64,000 nucleotides of DNA from the IMG/VR virus record IMGVR_UViG_3300042923_001106, positions 32,001-96,000 of that record; one strand, 5' to 3'. Of this stretch, positions 57,873 through 64,000 are shown one piece after another. How positions within the stretch are numbered: position 1 is the stretch's first letter; each line of letters begins with the position of its first letter. A program made the translations under genes and the position numbers. The DNA is from a virus. The notes beneath the pieces are model-generated. The model was not told the DNA's origin, made no database searches, and saw only the letters and a program-made list of their open reading frames with translations.

Positions 57873-58110
57873 TATGATAAAACAAATAATTCATGGGGAG
57901 TTGACGTACATGCAAGAGTTTAAATTTAAAGGGAAAGTTGTTACCGATCCTATTGACGAAAATAATGTAGCATGGTTAATAGAAGATTCTTTTGGAGTAC
58001 GACACAATGCAGCAGACCTTCTAACTGGAATTGATCTCCTGAGTAATAGTTTCCGCACTGAAGATGGAGATGAAGTAGAGATTATAGTTCATAAGAAGGT
58101 CATAAAATAA
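57862..58110 (+). CDS. Hypothetical protein
   Basis: ORF; true start probably downstream of motif 57877. Confidence 0.55.
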   Translation: MVGNMIKQIIHGELTYMQEFKFKGKVVTDPIDENNVAWLIEDSFGVRHNAADLLTGIDLLSNSFRTEDGDEVEIIVHKKVIK

Positions 58111-58361
58111 TACTTTTATAGGGTGGTGATAAAGTGGCTACGAGCAAGGAACTTGAAGAAGAGCGAAAAACAATTGCAATGCGAGTTTTTCAATTGCATG
58201 GTGTTGCTGTTGATGTTGGCGGATATAATACTAGACAGTTAAAAGATATTGAAAGAATGCTCGATCAGTCTTACACTTATCATAAATTAAATGATACAAA
58301 AAATGAATAAAACAATTCTTTCATTTGGGCAGTCGGAACTTAATAACGATGGGAGACTAAT

Positions 58362-58793
58362 ATGGGAATGTATTATAGTTTGAGATGTAAGCTGAAATTA
58401 AAAAAAGATTTCGTACCATTGATCCAATCATTATTAGATAGTGACAATGATGATGAATGGAGTAATTTAAAAACTGAGATTGATTCGATAAGAGAATACT
58501 CTAAAGCTGATCGAGCATCTTTTATACCGTTTGGAGGGTTGGCATATTCGCCAGAGTTGTGGCAGTCAGAAGAGGATGAGTGGTGCAATGAGATAGTGAA
58601 TGACACTTGGACTTTCCAATGCAGTATAAAGACACTAAGTACAATCGAGTCGTTTTTTCAAAATGTAGTCCCAATTATTACGGAAGTATCATTGCATATT
58701 GAATTATTTTATGAAGAAGATAATAATTCAACGTTTTACAAACTAATCGAAGGTGCGGTCATTGAAACAGGCGAAATGATCACATATGATTGA
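58362..58793 (+). CDS. Hypothetical phage protein
   Basis: 143-aa ORF. Confidence 0.7.
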   Translation: MGMYYSLRCKLKLKKDFVPLIQSLLDSDNDDEWSNLKTEIDSIREYSKADRASFIPFGGLAYSPELWQSEEDEWCNEIVNDTWTFQCSIKTLSTIESFFQNVVPIITEVSLHIELFYEEDNNSTFYKLIEGAVIETGEMITYD

Positions 58794-58857
58794 CTTTCAG
58801 ATGAAACAGCGATCTTAATTAACGAATACTCTCTGTAAATAATTCTCTAGCATTATA

Positions 58858-58876
58858 CGAACATACGTTCTATAAT
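58858..58876 (+). promoter_or_regulatory. LexA/DinR box abutting a -10 element
   Basis: CGAAC-ATAC-GTTCT (58858-58871), then TATAAT at 58871-58876. Confidence 0.8.
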
Positions 58877-58984
58877 AGCGATATAGCCACTACACTATTT
58901 AAGTGGAACCCAGAGATGTCAGTTTCGTACCTTTTTGACTCAATTAGGAGCAATAAAATAGCGTTTTTATAGGAGGGAAATAAA

Positions 58985-59425
58985 ATGACAATTCGTGCTA
59001 TCGAGAACCCAACTTGGAGTAATGGAATCAAGGAAACATTGACACCATACTCTACATCGTTCGAGTTTGAAGGAGTGCCTGACGATAATCCTTTAGACAG
59101 ATATGAGTGGTTCGAGCTTGTTAACGAAGACGGAGCAACTCAGGGAGTCGGTTGGATTGAAATAGACAAATTTATGGGGAAAGTGGAATGTGAAATATCG
59201 TTATGCGTAAATAGTAACCATAGGACAGTTCGAGGAATTGGAGTGAGATTGTTAGAACATTTAGAAGATGTGGCTACTAATAAATCTGCAGATATCTTTT
59301 TGGCAATTGTTAAGATGAGTAACCCTGAACATGATCAGGTTGTAAGTTGGTTTGAAAGAAGAGGATATACAATCGATCCAGAAGAATCCTCCAATACTAA
59401 CACTTGTCTGAAGAAACATATGTAA
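58985..59425 (+). CDS. GNAT-family acetyltransferase
   Basis: EISLCVNSNHRTVRGIGVRLLEHLE...N...VSWFERRGY; bounded by exact motifs at 58953 and 59425. Confidence 0.8.
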   Translation: MTIRAIENPTWSNGIKETLTPYSTSFEFEGVPDDNPLDRYEWFELVNEDGATQGVGWIEIDKFMGKVECEISLCVNSNHRTVRGIGVRLLEHLEDVATNKSADIFLAIVKMSNPEHDQVVSWFERRGYTIDPEESSNTNTCLKKHM

Positions 59426-59681
59426 TAAAATTGGCATTTCATTTCATTTGATCATTGGAGAGTTCCAAGTTTTGAAGAGTATGATGAATATATAAATCGG
59501 CACCTGTAAAACGGGACTATTTTCCTATTATAAATAAACAAAAAGTAATTTGAAAAATAAAACTAATACATATATCCTCAATAATATGAAAATAAAAATT
59601 GAGGTGTTTATGTGTTTGTTTTATTTTTTAATATTTGTGATATAATATATACCAAAGGGTAAAAAATGAGGAGTTGAGGTA

Positions 59682-60989
59682 ATGATTAGAGATCGTTCTG
59701 AACTTGAGCTACATCTGCAAGAGGCTATCGAACGAATAAAATATAAAAGAAAAAATGTCGAAGAAGTAAATAAATCTTTGTTAGAATATGACGTTCCACC
59801 GGGATTTTTCAATGAAGTTTGTAAGAAATACTCGATTCTGCAAGAAATCGATGCAGCATTGTTATGCTTAATAGCTAAAGCAGTATTTATGATTGATGGT
59901 AGTGATTCCATTAGAGTGGAAAATTACTTCACACAGGGCGAAATTGAGAGTGCTTCAAAATATAAACTAGAAAGAGATCAAGATATAAAACTGCCCATTA
60001 TCCTTAATGAAGTTATTAAAATAGACAATGACCGGTACTTTACAAAGATCAAGATGACGGATTTAGTACAATGGTATCACTCAAAGTTAATTGTATATGA
60101 CGCAGAAACACAGAGAGGTTTAAAATTTATTCGCTCCAGAGATGGGGTTGTGCCGGTTCCAATTGTCAATAAAGATAGCGTTGACAATATTGCAAATCAT
60201 ATGGAAGACGAGACATTCTTCACAGACACTATCCGATTAAATGTATACTCTGAGGAGTTTGAACCAGTTATATACAATCCTAAGACACGCATGTTAACGA
60301 TTAAAGAAGGAGTCACAATTTCTATTCTTGATGGTTTCCATCGGCTTCAAGGTGGTGTCAGAGCCGTCATGAAAAACCCCGAACTGCCACTTATAGAAGA
60401 ACTGTCTATTTGTATCTATGACACAGAAACAGCTAAGAAGTTTTTTGGACAAATTAACAAATACAACCCCATTGATCCTCAACGTCTTGAAGAATTAGAT
60501 GAGGAAAAAGTATCATTTGCAGCAGTTAAACAGTTAAAAATACACTCAGTCTTAAAAGGCAGAATTGCATCTGGATCTAAGATTAGTGGACTAGTCGGAC
60601 ATCTTACAACGGAAAGTATACTTGCAACGGCTATTGAGGAAGTTTTCGAACCCAGAAACACCCCACAAGCAAACTCTGTTGGAGTATATCTTGTAGAGTT
60701 TTTTAATTATTTATTTGAGACGTTTAAAGATCAAATTAACAACAAAGATTCGCTACTTGGACATCAGAGAATGTTTATTGGGTACATTGTGATAGCAAAA
60801 CAATTTAAAGATTATGACATTCCTTTAGAAGAGATCAAAGTGGTTGTTAATTATTTTAACTCTGATTATAATGAAGAATTGAGACAATTACTCACCAACA
60901 ATAGAGGAACACAAGCGAGATTACAGAAACTTGTTAAAGAATACTTTGAAAAGACAGATGTGAAATCAATTTTGAAATCAGGAGAGTAA
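59682..60989 (+). CDS. DndB/ParB-like DGxHR-domain protein (SPbeta YopQ-like)
   Basis: 435 aa; ILDGFHRLQG...FFGQINK; directly upstream of the MrpR-like gene. Confidence 0.7.
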   Translation: MIRDRSELELHLQEAIERIKYKRKNVEEVNKSLLEYDVPPGFFNEVCKKYSILQEIDAALLCLIAKAVFMIDGSDSIRVENYFTQGEIESASKYKLERDQDIKLPIILNEVIKIDNDRYFTKIKMTDLVQWYHSKLIVYDAETQRGLKFIRSRDGVVPVPIVNKDSVDNIANHMEDETFFTDTIRLNVYSEEFEPVIYNPKTRMLTIKEGVTISILDGFHRLQGGVRAVMKNPELPLIEELSICIYDTETAKKFFGQINKYNPIDPQRLEELDEEKVSFAAVKQLKIHSVLKGRIASGSKISGLVGHLTTESILATAIEEVFEPRNTPQANSVGVYLVEFFNYLFETFKDQINNKDSLLGHQRMFIGYIVIAKQFKDYDIPLEEIKVVVNYFNSDYNEELRQLLTNNRGTQARLQKLVKEYFEKTDVKSILKSGE

Positions 60990-60992
60990 AAC

Positions 60993-61991
60993 ATGTCCAA
61001 TAAGATTTATCAAGGTGGTTTTTATAACGAATATCAAAAATTTCGTTATCTAAAAACACTGCCTGAAAAATCGGTCGCACAAGCATCCCGAATTTTGAGT
61101 CGAGCAAGGCCAATAGAAGAACAATATGACATTGATTTATACAATTTCAGTCTACATCAAGTTGAAAACCTATTTAATTATCTCGAGCCTTCAACTTTAA
61201 ATGCGAGTCGTTCAAATTTCTATATTGTGCAAAACTATATCAGGTGGGGCATTGAGCAAAACTTAAGAGATGACAACCTCAATCCTATTGAATTGTTTTC
61301 AGATGTTGCATACTTCAACAGATTCATCGATCAATCAAAAAAGGCACTTTACACAAAAGATGAGATTGATGACATTGTTGATACATGTAAGAATGCTCAA
61401 GATTCGTTAGTGATCCAATTGATTTTTGAAGGCATATTTGGAGTATCTGGCTATACAGAACTTCTAAATTTAACAACAAATGATGTACTGGAAAACAACA
61501 CATTGCGGCTCAAAGATGGAGATAGCGAAAGACTTATTCGAGTGTCTGATAAATGTATCAGATTAATTGAAAAAGCCATTAATGAAGAAGTTTATTATAA
61601 AAAGAATGGTAATGCCAGTGTAAACCTCAAATCAGCAGATCATGCCGAGTTAGTTAAAAATAATTATGTTTTAAGAAATGTTAACACGAGAAGTAAAGAT
61701 GACGGGATCGCAGACGCTCACCTTGTATTAAGAAGAATTAAAGCTATAAAAGAATATGCTGAATTAAAAGTTTTAACTCCTTATATTGTAAGGAATTCAG
61801 GAATGTTGTACTTAGCGAAAAAGATATACGAAGAAGAAAACAAATTAGAAAAAGATCAAATAATATCAGTGTGTAGACAGTTCGGTATTCGAAAGATAAA
61901 TAACAATGGTTATGAAGTTTATAATACTCATAGATACACTGAAGACTTTTTAAATGTTAGGACTATCGATGAGGTATATGCAGACAGTTAA
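60993..61991 (+). CDS. MrpR/YopR-like lytic-cycle repressor (degenerate tyrosine-recombinase fold)
   Basis: 332 aa; LIFEGIFG...ELLNL lacks Arg I and YIVRNSGM replaces HxxR; follows the YopQ-like gene. Confidence 0.75.
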   Translation: MSNKIYQGGFYNEYQKFRYLKTLPEKSVAQASRILSRARPIEEQYDIDLYNFSLHQVENLFNYLEPSTLNASRSNFYIVQNYIRWGIEQNLRDDNLNPIELFSDVAYFNRFIDQSKKALYTKDEIDDIVDTCKNAQDSLVIQLIFEGIFGVSGYTELLNLTTNDVLENNTLRLKDGDSERLIRVSDKCIRLIEKAINEEVYYKKNGNASVNLKSADHAELVKNNYVLRNVNTRSKDDGIADAHLVLRRIKAIKEYAELKVLTPYIVRNSGMLYLAKKIYEEENKLEKDQIISVCRQFGIRKINNNGYEVYNTHRYTEDFLNVRTIDEVYADS

Positions 61992-62010
61992 CTCTCTGTC
62001 TGCATTTTTT
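61979..62010 (+). terminator. Intrinsic terminator
   Basis: TGCAGACAG-TTAACTCT-CTGTCTGCA-TTTTTT. Confidence 0.8.
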
Positions 62011-62059
62011 GTTGTTTTCTGACTGTGAAATTACTTTAAACATTTATTTATAAAATGTG

Positions 62060-62089
62060 TTGACGGACTTAGGAAGAATGTGGTACATT
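62060..62089 (+). promoter_or_regulatory. SigA-type promoter of the agr-like cassette
   Basis: TTGACG-18-TACATT with TG extension. Confidence 0.6.
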
Positions 62090-62161
62090 TATATCAAGAA
62101 AACAAACAGTAGATGTTTTAAAGATTTATGTTATAAAACATAATGGGGAAGAGTGATATCG

Positions 62162-62803
62162 ATGGATGCAGTTAGATTTTTCATGTTATCTATCTTAGAA
62201 GTTTCAACTTTGTTTGTTCTCATGTTCTCGATATTTAGATTCAAAGTTAGGTTCTATATAAAAGAAATAATTTTTATAAGCGTGTTGATTTCGTTGGCAT
62301 CTTATTATCTTAGATTTTTTGAGAATCTATATAGTTTAGTTCCGATAATACTCCTTGTTCTTATAATAATAAATTTATGGATTGTGTTTAAAATATCACC
62401 TTTCTACGCAGCTATTATGGGGATTGCTTCCTACGTCGGTTATAGTGTTGTACAGGCACTGATACTTTGGATCATGCAAGAGTCCAACTTTGTTACATTC
62501 AATCAGATAAAAGAAAACAATCTACAAACTGGTCAGTTACTTCAGATAATATCGGTTGCCATTACTCTACTGATATCTGTTGTTTTAGTAAGGTTTAGAC
62601 TATGGTTTACGTTTGTTCCTGTATCAAATTCTGTACTCATAAAGATCAACTCGAAGAATCTTATTACACTAATTGCAATTACAATATCTATCATCATAGT
62701 AGGATCGATTTTTAATATAAATAATATCGCTCTTATACTCATTGGATTAGTATTTGTCGCTGGATTTATTTATTACCTTCTGTATAAAAGGGAGACAACA
62801 TGA
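62162..62803 (+). CDS. Polytopic membrane protein (possible peptide sensor, no kinase domain)
   Basis: About 213 aa, almost entirely hydrophobic helices; overlaps the agrB start. Confidence 0.7.
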   Translation: MDAVRFFMLSILEVSTLFVLMFSIFRFKVRFYIKEIIFISVLISLASYYLRFFENLYSLVPIILLVLIIINLWIVFKISPFYAAIMGIASYVGYSVVQALILWIMQESNFVTFNQIKENNLQTGQLLQIISVAITLLISVVLVRFRLWFTFVPVSNSVLIKINSKNLITLIAITISIIIVGSIFNINNIALILIGLVFVAGFIYYLLYKRETT

Positions 62804-63327
62804 TTGATAAATTAACTCATACAATTGGTATGAAAATCAAAAAGAATTATCCAGAAGCAAACATTGAAATCCTTAAATACTCATTGAACGTAATAATAAA
62901 CCCACTAGCAACAATTATCCTTTCAATGGTAATATCACACTTTACTAATGATACTTATGATGTTGTAATCGCTATGGTATCGTTCGCTGTACTTAGGGCA
63001 TTCTCTGGCGGAATACATATTAAATCATCGGAGCTATGCATAATTATCTCAACGACATTATTTATTGGAATCTCTTTTTTGCACGATTACCTCGTCGACT
63101 ATACACTAATACTCACTATCATATCATCATTATTAGCCTTGACTTTTGCACCATCTAGAATTTATGGTCAAACAAGAATTCCGGAGCAGTTCTATCCGAT
63201 TCTAAAAGTTGTTTCATTGGGTATTATTTCAATTAATTATATATTTAACAGCAGTGTACTTGCTTTAACTTTTTTCATACAAAGTATGCTGCTGATTAAC
63301 ATCGGGAAAGGAGGTGAAAACAAATGA
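62800..63327 (+). CDS. agrB: AgrB-family peptide-processing membrane protease
   Basis: LKYSL...LRAFSGGIHIKSSELC (R, GGxH and C catalytic motif)...FAPS. Confidence 0.9.
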   Translation: MIDKLTHTIGMKIKKNYPEANIEILKYSLNVIINPLATIILSMVISHFTNDTYDVVIAMVSFAVLRAFSGGIHIKSSELCIIISTTLFIGISFLHDYLVDYTLILTIISSLLALTFAPSRIYGQTRIPEQFYPILKVVSLGIISINYIFNSSVLALTFFIQSMLLINIGKGGENK

Positions 63328-63449
63328 AAAAAATCATCGCAAAATATGCTACCTTGGCTTTGTCTGCAGTTGCTGTTGCTACCGTTAGTGGTACTGCAAG
63401 TTTGGTTTTCGTACACAATCCTAAAGTACCTCAAGATCTCTTGAAGTAA
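63324..63449 (+). CDS. agrD: AgrD-like cyclic lactone autoinducer precursor (41 aa)
   Basis: AAAGGAGGTG RBS; MKKIIAKYATLALSAVAVATVSGTASLVFVHNPKVPQDLLK. Missed by the ORF track. Confidence 0.85.
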   Translation: MKKIIAKYATLALSAVAVATVSGTASLVFVHNPKVPQDLLK

Positions 63450-63539
63450 TTTTAGGTTGAAATTGTTGGACTCGGAGAGTGATCGCTGTACTTTCCAGTC
63501 CAACAATTATAGTTTCTAGAATTGGAGGATATCTTTGCT

Positions 63540-63923
63540 ATGGAGTTTTTCGCAAAAAAGAAAGATGGGAAGAATATTTCAGAAAAAGTTGAAAAAATTC
63601 ATAGCAAGGATATCTGCTATGTAACCACCGAAGGAAGAAAAGCTCATACAATTGCAAAAATGAAAGATGGCTCTGTATATTATATTTCTATGCCAATATC
63701 AGAAATTGTTCAAGGATTGGAGGAATATGAAAACTTCAAAACAACGGATCGCAGTGTAACAGTCAATATGGATAACGTTACATATTACGAAACGCTGTAC
63801 GATAGGTTATTTTTTGAACATAACAATGAAATGAGGGAGTTTACGTTTATTACTGTAGCTAGATCATATGCTAAGGAAATCAAAGTCCTAATGAGGGAAT
63901 TACGTGTAGAATTTAGGGAATAA
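63540..63923 (+). CDS. Stand-alone LytTR DNA-binding domain protein
   Basis: KDICYVTTEGRK...FKTTDRSVTVNMDNV...ITVARSY; no receiver domain. Confidence 0.8.
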   Translation: MEFFAKKKDGKNISEKVEKIHSKDICYVTTEGRKAHTIAKMKDGSVYYISMPISEIVQGLEEYENFKTTDRSVTVNMDNVTYYETLYDRLFFEHNNEMREFTFITVARSYAKEIKVLMRELRVEFRE

Positions 63924-64000
63924 GGTTTTTCAAATATAAAGTAAAACAATAAAATACATTAAATAATTTTATGTGACATATTGCGACAAAATTTTCAATA

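Larger units (their letters stand above)
14834..59442. repeat. Dispersed 18-bp palindrome ATRAAA-N6-TTTYAT at gene junctions
   Basis: Exact copies start at 15123, 15408, 16601, 22899, 23517, 24824, 25127, 25818, 26780, 27178, 28065, 29142, 30542, 34222, 36478, 39001, 39225, 44389, 45860, 46417, 46762, 47171, 47399, 47907, 48670, 48935, 50269, 50587, 50920, 52373, 53019, 54399, 58102, 58307, 58953, 59425. One-mismatch copies start at 14834, 24153, 26393, 26971, 28777, 31152, 32927, 33255, 35238, 35546, 35726, 36157, 43803, 46203, 48194, 55796, 57523, 57877. Confidence 0.95.

Noticed and set aside
14834-59442. Reading the 18-bp repeats as a CRISPR array or as intrinsic terminators
   Set aside because: The repeats are short, have variable cores and are separated by whole genes, and no cas genes are present. 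The stems are A/T-only, often mismatched and lack a consistent U tail, and separate GC-rich terminators exist elsewhere.
1-64000. tRNA, rRNA, introns, retron or DGR elements, prophage att sites
   Set aside because: No cloverleaf or rRNA signatures, reverse transcriptase, template/variable repeat pair or att core was seen by eye; a covariance-model scan was not possible.

Overview
This window looks like the early/accessory arm of a large SPbeta-like temperate phage in a spore-forming Firmicute, probably Paenibacillaceae (an inference from gene content). The left end carries PIN-PhoH, an IS256 element, HU, a YonO-like single-subunit RNA polymerase, a CoiA-like nuclease, a tyrosine recombinase and a YonT/Fst-like type I toxin-antitoxin locus. 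From about 12 to 59 kb lies a long, mostly + strand run of roughly 90 small genes. It includes DarA_C and DarB-like anti-restriction candidates, an HNH nuclease, two antitoxin-less MazF/PemK genes, RsfA, YolD, HD, DUF262, macro, GIY-YIG and GNAT proteins, and one gene split by an IS5 element. The right end has a YopQ-like and MrpR/YopR-like pair followed by a kinase-less agrB-agrD-LytTR peptide-signalling cassette. The strongest signal is an 18-bp palindrome, ATRAAA-N6-TTTYAT. I found 36 exact and 18 one-mismatch copies by eye between 14.8 and 59.4 kb, almost all at gene junctions, often supplying the upstream stop codon and sitting just before the next RBS. This resembles an integron-like cassette array or a genome-wide operator system. 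All family assignments come from motif recognition; no database searches were run.
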